Origin: Camelus dromedarius
Lineage: Eukaryota
NCBI RefSeq assembly: GCF_036321535.1
Contig: NC_087444.1
Span: 24,988,001-25,052,000, forward strand
Reading direction: 5' to 3'
DNA: 64,000 bases
Shown piece after piece: positions 27,241-39,992 of this stretch; position 1 is the stretch's first letter, and every line of letters starts with the position of its first letter. Below the pieces are notes generated by a model, which was given only the letters and a program-made list of their open reading frames with translations, made no database searches and was not told the DNA's origin. Both the position numbers and the translations under genes were made by a program.

Positions 27241-30200
27241 GGCTTCCAGGGTGTCTTTTCAAAATTTTTATGTATTGATGTCACTCCAGATTGGACACCT
27301 CGCAATCGTTTCTCATCCTTCTTAGGACTGGCAGCACATTCCTTTACTTTGACAAATCTTTTTATAATCTGGTCCCAGCCCACTTCTCCAAACTCGTTTC
27401 ATGTCACAAGACACCTTCTCTGTTCGTCATTATCCAACTCCACCAATCTTTTTTTCAGTTATCCCAACTTATCCCACTCCTTCCTGACACAGGTATCTTC
27501 AGGTGCAGCCCTCTTAGCAAGCACAAGCCTCCCATCTGCTGCCCCTCTTCATCCTTCAGATCTCAGCTCAGATGTCACTGGTGGGGAAGATCCCTAGCTT
27601 GGGTGTCCCCGGTTGAAATTCCCACGGCATCAGTACATTTCCAGTATAATGCTTTCCATAACATGTAATTGCTTATTTATTTGTGTGACAGCTCAACTAG
27701 CATCTTCCTCTCTGGCCCCTTCCAGGCAGAGTTGTGGTGGGTGTTCCTGCCCAACAGCAAATCCCCAAGGCTGAGATTCAGTGCCTGGTACATAGCAGGC
27801 ACCCAATGGAACACATTGAATAAAGTCCTCTTTGCAAGAGGCAATACCTCTTTAAGAAACTGGAGTCTAAAGTTTTGGCCTCAGCTTTGGCCATCTGTCC
27901 TTTCTCTCCAATCCTGGCACACAGGAGCTGACAGTCAGTCCCAACTCCACGGACTGTAGGCCAGCTGACTGTGTGTGCAGTCTCATTCATGAACAAGAAC
28001 CACAGTGGTAAATAACATAGAAGTGCATTAAATTGATTACCTGCCTTTCAAAAGAAGGGAACTAACATTTATTTGCTGTGCAATACATGTCTGGGATTTT
28101 TCTGCATTGTCTCATTTGGCTCAACCTGGAGAAACATCCAGTGCAGCAAAACTCAGAGAAATTGAAGTACGTTGTCTGTGGTCAAAAGCTAGTTTGTGAT
28201 CCAGCTGGTTCCAAACTTAGATCTGACTCGAAAATCTTTGCTTTCTCCCACCATGCCCTGGTTTGTTCAATGCTCTTTCGTGGACTTCCTGTGTGTTTTT
28301 GTTTTATTCTCTTTACTAACTGTGTTATTTACTCAATAGTACTGCCGTACATTGATTGCTGTGTTTCACTGATGACTCATCCAAGGCAAAATTATCCATG
28401 AATTTAGGGGGATGATGAGCTTATTATAAATTTTTCCTAACATACATGAAACTGCATATTAAAACACACTGAGCCTCTGTGGATAAAATGACACCCTGCC
28501 ACAAATGACAGGCTGGGGATTATTACAGCATCAGCCTAGCTACAACACGCTCCCTTCTGGAATGTCACAGACTTTCTGAAAAGAAAAGAATTGTACCTCT
28601 TATAAATTGGCTCTCAAAGGACCAAAGTAAGTAAAATGGGGAGGAGGGCAAGGTAGGCAAAACACTCCTAATCTGCTGAAAACAAAAATAGTTTATCCGA
28701 GAGTAGAGACATGAAGGTATTGCACAAACTTGAGCTAACTGCTCACTTCAGGGGTCATGGTAGATGGGCACCGGCTTATTAGTGTGATGTTCTGAGTCCT
28801 GTGTATACGAGGAGAGAGTGAGCTTGACCTCTGAAATGGGGAGGAAGTGACAAGAAGCCACAGGAGCCAGAGTAGAAGCTACGCTGCCAGAATCACCCTT
28901 GCTGATGCGCATAGGGTCCCCTGGCAACCCTTCTTGGGACCCCATCTCCTAGGTTCTCTATTCTCTTTCTATATCTTGGGGGTATCTCCACTAGAGGTGT
29001 GAGCTATCAAGTCACAACATGCAAACTGATGATTCTTCAGACCAGTTAATGCACTGTAATACTGGAGATGGGCTGAACACACGCATAGACAAGAATCCTT
29101 TAAAAAAAAAAAAAAAAACTACAGGAGTGCAGTGAACCAAATTACAAAGCACGTACAAGTACACCGGCCTTCAGCATCACAGCCAGCTGTTAATATCTTC
29201 CCCTTCATTTGGCTTATCCTTCTGTCTCTGTTTATGAAAGACACAAGTTAGTCAAACAAAATGTGATACTGTGATCTAATCCAAAGGGATGAACTGACAA
29301 AAAAACAAAATATGCCACAAATTTTTTTTTTTTTGAGTGAAGGCTAAAATGAAGAAGCTGGCTCTTAAAACCCAATATTTTTGTAGTATGAGATGACCCT
29401 GGTAACAGATGTCAAAGCTGGATCAATGGAATAAGACTCTAAGTGTGAGACACACAGTCCATGGATCCATGAGTCATGCTGAAGTAAAACAATTTACAAA
29501 ACACTTCAGTGACCTTATTGAACTCTCATAATTCTGCTTTGGGCCAAACATTAAAATGAAGTAAAACACATGCAACATAGTCAATTACTTATTTGAGATG
29601 ATACAGTTCAACTTCTGGTTATGAGGGGATTGTGTGTGTGTGTGTGTTCATATGCTTTTCAACCCTATGTTTTTGCATCACAGAAAATGAAAAGAACTTA
29701 GGAGCAATGATTCTAACATAATGTGACTCAGTTTCTCTTCTGGATCCAGATATAATGTATCCCACTCAAATAAACACGCTCCCTCCAGTTACCTCTTTGG
29801 GACATTAAAACATTTTTTAACATGGATGCTGCAATTTACACCATCTTTGAAATACTTGTTTAGGGACTTCTACTTGGACCAGTCGATAAGTCACAAAGGT
29901 GGACTTTGTTCCTTTCATTCCTAATCCCATCTTTTATAATGAGAGTAGTTATAATGCTAGAAATATAAAATAGTAACTAGAAGTTCACTGCATGCAATTA
30001 GGGGTATTCAAAGGCCTGACAAATATTAGACATCTCCAGTTATACATAACTGTAAGTTTAGACACAAAGACTCACACAAAACCTTGAAATACATATGAAA
30101 AATAAGACGCCAGCATTTGCCTCCTTAGAGGACAAGAACAAAGAAAAGATGAGATCTAATGATCATGAAGGTGCTGTGAAATAAGCATCAAGTTCCATCC

Positions 30201-30723
30201 ATGCTGGGGGAATCTAAACTTGATGTAACATTCCTGGAAGGCAGTTGAACCTACATCTTAAGAATCTCAAAGATGTTCACAGCTTTAAAAAATTTCATGG
30301 GAATAAAAAAATCCCACAGAGATTTGTTTAAGCATGCTATTGTGAGTTTATTTATAACAGATGAACTCCAAAATTAGGTGCCTTGAGTAAAGAAAGCACT
30401 GACAGATATTTTTATTGACTTTTTATTTGCAATTCTCACACCCTCCTCACCTACCAACATCTCATAAAGACTGAACAATGCTTTTCCACCAAAGACATCC
30501 TCGTCAATTACTGAAATTACACTAGACTTTGAATCAGAAAGCCTGCCTTCAAATTTCAGCTCTGCTACTTACAGAGTGGCCGTGGTTGGCAGAATAATGA
30601 CCTTCCTAAAGATTTTTATGTCCTAATCCTGGAAGCTGTATGTTAGGTTACCTGGCAAAGGGGAATTATGGTTGCAAATGGAATTAACTTTCTGATCAGC
30701 TGCCCTTAAAATAGAGAGATCAG

Positions 30724-32000
30724 AACACTCCCTTACACCATACACAAAAATGAACTCAAAATGGATCGAAGACTTAAACATAAGACAAGATACAATAAAC
30801 CTCCTTGAAGAAAATATAGGCAAAACATTATCTCACATACATCTCAAAAATGTTCTCCTAGAACAGTCTACTCAAGCAATAGAAATAAAAGCAAGAATAA
30901 ACAAATGAGACCTAATGAAACTTACAAGCTTCTGCACAGCAAAGGGAACCATGAGTAAAACAAAAAGACAACCTACGGAATGGGAGAAAATTTTTGCAAA
31001 TGAAACTAACAAAGGCTTGATCTCCAGAATATATAAGCAGTTCATACGACTTAATAAGAAACAACAAAACAACCCAATCTGAAAATGGGCAAAAGACCTA
31101 AACAAGCAATTCTCCAAGGAAGACATACAAATGATCAATAGGCACATGAAAAAATGCTCAATATCACTAATTATCAGAGAAATGCAAATCAAAACTACAA
31201 TGAAGTATCACCTCACACCAATCAGAATGGCCATCATTCAAAAATCCACAAATGACAAATGCTGGAGAGGCTGTGGAGAAAGGGGAACCCTCCTACACTG
31301 CTGGTGGGAATGCAGTTTGGTGCAGCCACTGTGGAAAACAGTATGGAGATTCCTCAAAAGACTAGGAATAGACTTACCATATGACCCAGGAATCCCGCTC
31401 CTGGGCCTATATCCAGAAGGAACCCTACTTCAGGATGACACCTGCACCCCAATGTTCAAGGCACACAATATTTACAATAGCCAAGACATGGAGACAGCCT
31501 AAATGTCCATCAACGGATGACTGGATAAAGAAGAAGTGGTATATTTATACAATGGAATACTACTCAGCCATAAAAACCGACAACATAATGCCATTTGCAG
31601 CAACATGGATGCTCCTGGAGAATGTCATTCTAAGTGAAGTAAGCCAGAAAGAGAAAGAAAAATACCATATGAGATCGCTCATATGTGGAATCTAAAAAAC
31701 AAACAAACAAACAAACCATAAATACAGAACAGAAATAGACTCATAGACATAGAATACAAACTTGTGGTTGCCAAAGGGGTGGAGGGTGGGAAGGGATAGA
31801 TGGGATTTTAAAATTATAGAGTAGATGGGCAAGACTGTACTGTGCAGCACAGGGAGGTGTACACAGGATCTTATGGTGGCTCACAGAGAAAAAAATGTGA
31901 CAGTGAATGTATGTATGTTCATGTGTGACTGAAAAATTGTGCTCTACACTGGAATTTGACACAACATTGTAAAGTGATTATAAATCAATAAAAAAGAAAA
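30724..32000 (+). mobile_element. 5'-truncated LINE-1 (ORF2 C-terminus plus 3' UTR), inactive
   Basis: ORF2 C-terminal peptides ([20 protein letters not shown]...[30 protein letters not shown]...YYSAIK...MPFAATWM) broken by stops and a frameshift near 31460; 3' UTR ends AATAAA (31987) plus A-run. Confidence 0.96.
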
Positions 32001-32423
32001 CAGTAGGTAACACGTCATGGAGAACATTTTTAAAATCTGATTTTATTGACATTTTATAGTGAAAATGAATTGGTGTGTTGCTTTTGAATTAAAAATAAAT
32101 TTAGAATAATTTTTTAAAAGCCTAGTAGTAAGTGGCAAAAGCCTACCTGAACTTGTAGTTACAAGGTGGATGAAAAGGGGGAGACATCTTAAATATTTAT
32201 AACAGTATTTCAGGATTTGGGTGCTAGAACTTCTGACTGATTCCTCTTCAGTTTGAAGTCAAAGCATTATCAAAATGTTCTCAATCCCATCTAGAGCTAT
32301 TTCGTGTTGTTGCTATTTAGAACGGTGTGTTTGATAAATCCTAAGACAATGTATGATCAGGTTTTTAATGTGCCTCATTGGCAAAAATAAATAGGAACAA
32401 GCCTTGCTGTAAAAAAAAAAAAA
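32001..32423 (+). other. Non-L1 segment carried within the L1 insertion (putative 3' transduction) with its own AATAAA and poly(A)
   Basis: AATAAA 32386-32391, A13 at 32411-32423, then AAAATAGAGAGATCAG (32420-32435), identical to 30708-30723. Confidence 0.85.
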
Positions 32424-32779
32424 TAGAGAGATCAGCCTGTATTGTCTGGGTGGGTTCAATGTAATTATGAGGGTCCCTAAGGAAGAGAAGAAGGTCTGGG
32501 TGATTTGATAAGGAGAGGTACTTGACCAGCCATTGCTGGCTTTGAACCTGGAGGAAGAGGCCACGAGCCAAGGAATGTGAGCAGCCACCAGAAGCTAGAC
32601 TAGTCGAGGCTCTTCCTCTATGCCCCCAGCAGTGACTGCAGGCCTGCCAGCACTTGGTGTTGCCCTGCGAGTTCTGTGTTGGACCCTAAACCTACAGAAG
32701 TGCCAGATAACAAGCTTGGGTTGTTCTGAATCCCTATGTTTGTGGTAACTTGTTACAGTCGCAATAGAAAATTGATACG

Positions 32780-32907
32780 ATGGTCACATAATTAATTGTT
32801 GAAACTGGAACACATTTTAGAATGAAAGCAGACACTATAAACAATTAAGCCACAGCAACAGGTGCAAACCAAGACCGTTCTAGGCTACCTGGGTCACACG
32901 TGATCCT
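32780..32907. mobile_element. MER94-like hAT MITE (its first few bases lie left of the MLT1, ~30573)
   Basis: tggtcacataattaattgttgaaactggaacacatttt...gacactataaacaattaagc...caacaggtgcaaacc resembles the recalled MER94 consensus. Confidence 0.6.
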
Positions 32908-34099
32908 GTCTGACTAAGGAACTTCCGTTCTCCACGTCTCAGTTGGCATATGTAACGATGTTTAGAATGTCATTTTTCTTTTTAGTAAAGGGATAAAAAG
33001 GTAACTGAGTGTGTGGAGCACAATTACCGGCACAGAGGAAAATTTTTAAAAAAGCTTTGTTAGCTCAGACGAAGTTTGGTGACTGGCACATGTTCACTCC
33101 CAGTAGAGCTTTCTTTAGACTTTTGCAAATGTGGATGCAATACCCTGGATTCAATTCTTATGTGTCCGCCATTACCCCCTCAAAATTGCTTTCCTATTAC
33201 AGTAATCCACATTTCCTCTTTGACACTAGTCACTTGCATTTCAAGTTATTTTTCTCAGCTTTATTCATTTATCAAAGTCGAATCTCATTATGGACCAACT
33301 CCTGGAGAGTTCCCAGGGAAAAGATATTTTTAGCCTTTTGTAACATACCTCCACCTTCATTTACACAGCTCTGCATGTCATCTCCCCCTTGATGGACTGG
33401 AAGTGGTGTTTACAGCTCCCTCAAAAAATGATCAAAGGGGCGATAAAAGTTTCCTTCTTGTTAGATTTTTAATTAAAGATCTTGATACTATTATCAAATG
33501 TTCTTTGAAAAGCTTGCTCTGCTTAGAGCTATAGTATTTCCTTTGTTGATCTGAAATTTTACTTTTAAAGTATGTTTTCCACCAAACACAATGAAAACAC
33601 ATTTTTGTCTTCTGTATGTATGCTCACAATCATGCTGGATTTTGAGAGTATTTTTCTACTTAACTTTTGAAGTAACTTTAATTATGTGGAAGAAATCTAT
33701 ATAGATACTCAAAATAATTTTTTAAGCAGCTTGGGTAAAGTCCCAGTGAATATCCCCTACCCCAAAAGGGGGCACAGGCTGAAAATTTTAATTGGTTCAG
33801 GTAGAATTTATATAAATCATGGATGTTGGAATTATGCCAGATCCATTAAGAATATGTACAAGGGTTAAGGGGATTTTTGTGCAAAGATGAGAAATACCAT
33901 ACTTTTGAAAACAAAGCCATAGGAGAAAATTACAGGGGATTTTATTTTCACTCACCCTTCTCCCTTCCAAAAGTGAAATTCAGAATAGAATGAAATAAAA
34001 TACTTTTCTTCTTTTTTTAATTTACAGACGTAAAGTCATTTAGTTAAATAAGTATTAAAATGTGTTTTACAAAACATGATGTTCTCCAAAGAATTAAGG

Positions 34100-35030
34100 T
34101 TGATATATAAAATTTAAATTATAGCCTAATAAATTCCAGATGGATTAAAGTATTAGGAGAAAAAAAGCCATTGAATATTTATGTAATAGAGTGGGGAAGG
34201 CCTTTCTAAACCACTATTAAAGGCATAAGTTATTATGTGAATTATTGAGAGATTAAACTACTTAAATGCAAGTTTTTTATATAAAAATGACTAAAACACA
34301 ATAAATAAAATAAACAGAAAACTGAGAAAAATATTTGCATCATGTGAAACAGAAGCTTACTATCCTGAATATACAAAGACCTGGTTAAAAATCAATAGGG
34401 AAAAAACAACAATGAACAAAGCAAGGAAACAAGGAAGTGATAACCATATTATAAAATTAAAATGAGATGGTTTTTTGCTTATATAATTGCCAAAATAATT
34501 ACAAAAACCTAATAGTGTTTGACAAACTTGTGAGGAAACAAATTCTCATATATTACTGATTCTATTAAGACATCTTTCTGAAATGCCATTTATCAATATC
34601 CATCTGAAGCCTTGAAAACATGGTTTTACTTGCTACATGTGTGCAGCGCAGAATAAGGGACGTTTGGTAACATGTATAGTTTATGCATTTCAATATTGCT
34701 TAAAAATAGGAAAAGTTACAAACAACAAAATGTTCTAATTGGATACTGATGAAATTGATTATAGTATCTGCACAAAATTGAATACTACACTGCAAAAACA
34801 CCTTAGGGGATGGAAAATATATTAATGGTATGACGTTCATAGTATGAAATAAAGAATCTGATTGCAAAGTAGTACTATATGGTAAAATTTTAAAAAACAG
34901 GCAAAGATCTTACACTATTAGGATTATACTAAAATATTAACAGTGGTTTTTATTACAGGTAATTTTTTTTTACTTTGCTTCTCTACGCTTCTCTGGATTT
35001 CCTATCATGAGTATGTGTTAATTTCATAGT
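34100..35030 (+). mobile_element. Highly decayed L1ME fragment
   Basis: aaattccagatggattaaag...ggggaaggcctttctaa...gagaaaatatttgca...tatcctgaatatacaaag...aaaatattaacagtgg. Confidence 0.7.
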
Positions 35031-35409
35031 TAAAAAGAATCTATAGAATTTATCTTAAAATTGACTCCAGATTGGCTATAGTTTATTACAGATGGGGAGC
35101 TCTGGGAGTCTGGTAAACTTTAGAGCATCTAGCATCTCTCAGGATTGATCATCAGTGAGAAACAGGTGCACATCAGGTATATGAGAGACCACCACTATGA
35201 CGGTAGAACAGAGTGCCTGGCTTTTCTCATCTTCACAGGTCTCTGATTTTTTGGCTGAAAAAGAGTCTCAATGCACTCGACAGAACTTCATAATATGAAA
35301 CTTGGTCTCATCAGCTTTATTTTCTGAACCATCACTGATATCAATGTCTGCTTTTCCTCTGAAGCTTCACTTTTAATAAATTCACTTTTGATAAATTCTG
35401 AGAACCAGC

Positions 35410-35650
35410 AAAGAGCTGGTGCTCCAAGCATGGACTTTAGATTGAGGGAGACTTGGCTTCAAGTCCTGATTTTAACCCTTATCAGCTCTGTGACTTTAAA
35501 AACATTCAGTTACCTTCTTAGAATCTCAATTTCTTCATCTTCAATATGGGAGAATGGAACCTGTCTCACGGGGTTGTCGTGGGGTAAAATACGTGATGTT
35601 CGTAAAGAATTTCACAAAACATCTGGCGCAGGCAAGTGCTAAATAAATAG
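35410..35650 (+). mobile_element. MIR SINE (representative; similar MIRs near 2040, 8970, 10930, 12640, 15950, 17630, 18280, 21820, 26100, 28060, 42090, 46680, 46890, 49170, 52600, 57600)
   Basis: MIR core: agctctgtgacttt...ttaccttcttagaatctcaatttcttcatct...atgggag...cctgtctcacggggttgtcgtggggtaaaa. Confidence 0.7.
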
Positions 35651-36249
35651 AAGCTGCCAGCATCCTGAAGTTGTTTGTGAAGCAAGAAAAACATTACATG
35701 AGGTTTCTGATGAGGGTTAACAATCTCAAGCATCTCGGGAAGTCTCAGATACGTTGCCTGCAGGAAGCTGAAGCTCACTTAGAATCAAGAAGCTACATCA
35801 GCCTCTCAGTGCCAAGTCCCCTGTTCCGATCTCCACGTGAGGATGGATCTGGCTAAGGTTACGGGGCCCCGCCCGATATCTGCCTCCCCTCGCTTCCACC
35901 CTGAACTCAGAACCAGTGTGACCTGAGGAGGGTGATTAGGAGCCAGTTTGGACCCACACCCTAGGGACTCAGCTGTGAGATGACCTCACTGTTTTTCTGA
36001 CTCTCCTCAAATGTCCAGTTCCTCATTGCTGCTTTATTGGTCCCCACACTGTCTGGACTTTGGGCTTTCTCATCCCCGGGGCCACTTAGCCCTCTGGGCG
36101 GCCTCAATTCCTACTCCAGTTTTTCCTTTGTAACAACGCCTGGATGCCTTGACCTCCCAGGTGTGCCTTCATCAGCCTATCTTTCCAGACTGGGTCCTCC
36201 CTTTGGGTGGCACGCTCTAACTCAAGGGCAGGGAGGGCAATGCTTTCTT

Positions 36250-37000
36250 TTTAATTAAACCTTTTATTTTGAAATAATATTGATTTACATGAGGTGTAAG
36301 AAATGACACAGAGATGCCATTTGCAGCAATATGGATGGACCTGAAGATTGTCATTCTAAGTGAAGTGGGCCGGAAAGAGACAGAAAAATACCATATGATA
36401 TCATTTATATGAAGAATCTAAAAAATAATAACAATAATAATAAGGACACAAATGAACTAATTATTATTTTGATTTCTTGAATATGTGTAAGCACATTAGA
36501 CTGTCCTTTATGATTGGATTACCTCATTCTGTTGATTCTTATTTTGTAGTTGATAACTTTGTAAATTTGATAACTATTAATACATTTAAAAAGCTAAAGA
36601 TCTAATCTGTTCTTAGAAACAATAATTAGTACATATATGTAAAGTGAAAAAATGTGCAGTATGCTGCATATGTATTTACATGCAATATAATGTATATGTG
36701 CAGTCAAACTGTAATGATTCTACATAATAAAACTGAAAAAAGGAAAAAAAAAAGAAATGACACAGAGAGATACTCTGTGCCCTTTATCCAGTTTTCCCCA
36801 TTAGTAACATCTTGTAAAACTACAGTCCATCGCAAGCAGAACACTGATGCTGATATGGTCCTAGGTCTTATTCAGATTCCCTCAGTCTTATTTGTATTCG
36901 TGTATGTGTGTGTATGCATGCGTGCCTATGGATTTAGTTCTAGGCATCTATCCCTCACCACAATCAAAACACAGTACAGTTCCATTTCTAAAAGTTTCCC
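36250..37000 (-). mobile_element. Old L1M (L1MC/ME-like) 3' end, host of the 36315-36751 insertion
   Basis: ttttattttgaaataat...[insertion]...ctgtgccctttatccagttttccccattagtaacatcttgtaaaactacag is a typical antisense L1M 3' end. Confidence 0.7.
36315..36751 (+). mobile_element. Short L1 ORF2-end fragment fused to ~280 bp of non-L1 AT-rich sequence, with poly(A) and 17-bp TSD
   Basis: TSD AAGAAATGACACAGAGA at 36298-36314 and 36752-36768; L1-like 36315-~36460 (tgccatttgcagcaatatggatggacc...gaatctaaaaa...aatgaact); AATAAA 36726; A-rich tail from 36736. Confidence 0.85.
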
Positions 37001-37029
37001 TTGTGTTAGAGACCAATGCATTTAAAATT

Positions 37030-37575
37030 TTAATTCGCATTCCCCTTCTGAGTGTATATCCAAAGGAATTGAAAGCAGGGTCTTGAAGAGGTATCTGCGC
37101 ACCTGTATTCACAGCAGCATTATTCACAATAGCCAAGACGTGGAAGCAACCAAGTGTGGATTAATGGATAAGCAAAATGTCATATGTAAGTACAATGGAA
37201 TATGATTCAGCTTTAGAAAGGAAAGGAGTCCTGCCATGTGCTACAACATGGATGAACCATGAAGACATTATGTTGAGTAAAATAAGCCAGTCACAAAAAG
37301 ACAAATACTGTATGATTCCTCTTATATAAAGTATCTAAATTAGTCCAATTTATAGAAACAGAGAGGAGAATGGTGGCTACCAGGGGTTAAAGGGAGAGGG
37401 AAAATTCATTGCTATTTCATTGGTATAGGGTTTCAGACTTGCAAGATGAAAAAGTTCTGGAGATCTGTTTCACAACAATGTGAATATAATCAACAGGAAC
37501 TGTACACTTAAAAATGATTAAGATGGACATTTTTACGTTATGTGCCCCCCTTTTCTACCATGACTTTAAAAAAAC
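37030..37575 (+). mobile_element. L1MB-like 3' fragment
   Basis: atatccaaaggaattgaaagcagggtcttgaagag...cagcattattcacaatagcc...gatgaaaaagttctggag...tgtacacttaaaaatg. Confidence 0.88.
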
Positions 37576-38049
37576 TTTAATTTGCATGGGAATCCCCTGG
37601 AAACTTGGGTAATGCAGATTCCTGGGACCCAACCCAGGGGATTCAGTAAGTTCTCCACAGGGCTCAGGAATCTCTGTGTTAAGTCACCCCAAGTAATTCT
37701 GATGCAGTGGCCTAAAGATTGCACTTTGGGAAAACCCACTCTGGGTGAGCTTAAGTCTCCTCATTCTGTTACTAAACAGAATGTACTAAGACCCAACAGA
37801 GACTGCCCTGGTTAGGGCAGGTTGACCAGCAGGGCAAAGGCTTAACAAACTTGCTTATGGCGCCTAAGACCCTTATGGTAATGAGATGCACACATAATTA
37901 AGACCATATGACTTTCATCATTGCCAGGATGCAGCTGAGTTGTCCCTTTTCTTCTTTCCCATTTTTTCCTTAAGGATGTCAAACAATGACAGTGTCTTTG
38001 CAAGAGAGAAATCAAACAACCATTAGGTGAATGGTGGTGTAGCTACTGA

Positions 38050-38830
38050 GTTGAAGAAGCCTGGGGCCCATCAACTCGATGCCCAGTCCTCTCTCCTTAC
38101 ACCCGCCCATCAGCTGGTCCTGTCATCTGTACTTTCTCTACCCGAAATCTGACCATCTCACACAATTTGTTCGTTACCATCTCGGCGAAGCCACCCTCTC
38201 TCACCCACGTTGCTACGAGGATCTCTTAATTGCTCTGTCTGCTGCAATTTACACCCACACTCTGGTCACTACACAGCTTTCCAGGTTACCTTTAAAAACA
38301 GAAAGTGGGCTTTTCTTCTGCTTCCCAATCATCTCACATGGATTGTGTCCCAAGTCCTCACTGTGATCTACAAGTCTCTGCCATGAACTTGGACACATTT
38401 TTACCACATCTTCCATCACTCTCCCAGAATCCTTCCAGTCCAGCCACACCTTCCTCGGAGTTCCTTGAGACTGCTCAATTAATTTCCATTTCAGGGTCTT
38501 TGAATGTGCTGTTCTCTCATCTCTAACACCCGTTTCCAGGAAGTTTTCATGGCTTGCTCCTTCATTTCATACATCTTTCCTCAAAATAGAAGCCTTCCTT
38601 AACTACCTGATCAAAAATAGCCATCCCTCCATCACTGCCCCCTCATCCTAGGCTGTTTCCAGGCTCTTGTTACAGGCTTACTCTGCAGTCATTTCTTTAC
38701 TCCCCACCACTCGTACTAGAGTGTAAGCTCATGAGGATGGGGAATGCCTGTGTGGTTCCCACAGCACAGCAGGACAGTGCCTTTCACATAGGAGGTTTTC
38801 AATAAATGTAGCCAATGAACAATGGATGAG
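38050..38830 (+). mobile_element. L2 3' fragment
   Basis: Ends ctagagtgtaagctcatgaggatgggg...acagtgcctttcacataggaggttttcaataaatgt...tgaacaatggatga. Confidence 0.75.
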
Positions 38831-39819
38831 CTAAGCGCAATGAGTTTACATGGAAGTCTCTTTTTTCTAGCAGACAGATCGATAGACAAGAAATAACACC
38901 TGTCTTTTGAGAATTCCTTGAGGGGGAACCCAGTTAAAAGGCAACGCATGAAGGATTTAGCAAAAGCACAGTCTGCCTATTTCAGAGGAAGAGACGAAGT
39001 TCAGTGAAGTTGTTACAACTGTCTAGAGTATGCAAACATATTTTACATGGGATTATTCACTGTTTGGCAATGACGGATAGAAAATGATTTTGTTCTGCCA
39101 CACACATTACTAATAAGCATATTTAAATGAAAGAAAATAAAGCAACTGGAACTTAATACAAATTCTAGCTCGCCAAAGTGATCCCATCTGTCCCTGCCTT
39201 TATAAATGAGGCAATGCGAGTTCCAGGAATTGACTCATATTTCTTAGATAAATCCCTCTTTACCATTCTTATAACCCTAGCTCAGCATCTCTTTGAGTTT
39301 TAGCTTGTGCTCAAAAATGCCTCCTACAGCCAGACATGTCTGTATCATGATCAGATAGATGCATTCTGTTAGATTCCCCTGGATTTCCACCCAGACGGCG
39401 CCATCTTTTTTCCTTTGGCCAGATGCCCCCATCCCAGATTGGTGCACAAGTCCTGTGCTTCGGCGTACAGACAGTCCACATTGCAGTCAGCCTCCCCCTG
39501 GCATAGAGACACCCGACTTCCTCAAGTATCCCAGCCAGCCCAGAATGAAAGTGCCAATGTCACTCATTACTTAACACACGACACCCCTTCCTGTGTGCTT
39601 CTGGGCCGTGCAGAGAGGAGCAGGGGTCCTATGCACCACCTAGATTGTGCAGCAAATGGCCCAGGAAACACAATACTGCTGGGTGAAGAGTGAGAGCTAA
39701 TGAACCATCATTTATCGGCCATGTCCCTTCTCCTATGAGTTTTGTTAGGTTGAACCACAGGAAGCTGCAGATTTTGCAGGTCAAAGATAGTCAAATATTG
39801 GTAAATCCAGCTCAAATCC

Positions 39820-39992
39820 AGCTCAAATCCAGCCTGCTGTCTGTTTTTGTAAATGAAGTATTGGAATATAGCCACACTAACTTATGCACCTACTGTCTAA
39901 GGCTGCCTTCCCACTAGAACAGCAGAATTGAGGAGGGGCAAAGGAGTCTGTATAACTCACAAAGCCTAAAGTATTTATTATCTGGCCCTTTA
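39820..39992. mobile_element. MER58A-like MITE fragment
   Basis: aaatccagcctgctgtctgtttttgtaaatgaagtattggaatatagccacac...aagcctaaagtatttattatctggcccttt. Confidence 0.8.

Larger units (their letters stand above)
30581..32779 (+). mobile_element. MLT1D/E-like MaLR solo LTR split by the L1 insertion (halves ~30581-30723 and ~32436-32779)
   Basis: Starts (t/c)gtggttggcagaataatg..., resumes cctgtattgtctgggtgggttcaatgtaat after the TSD, and ends ...ttgttacagtcgcaatagaaaattgatac. Confidence 0.85.

Noticed and set aside
27103..27597. Longest ORF (164 aa), and similar 55013-55471 and 63395-63832
   Set aside because: They overlap decayed MLT2/L2 or anonymous intron sequence, have no recognisable domain, and such lengths are expected by chance in 64 kb.
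31131..31695. Functional protein-coding ORFs
   Set aside because: Frameshifted, 5'-truncated L1 ORF2 remnant with upstream in-frame stops.
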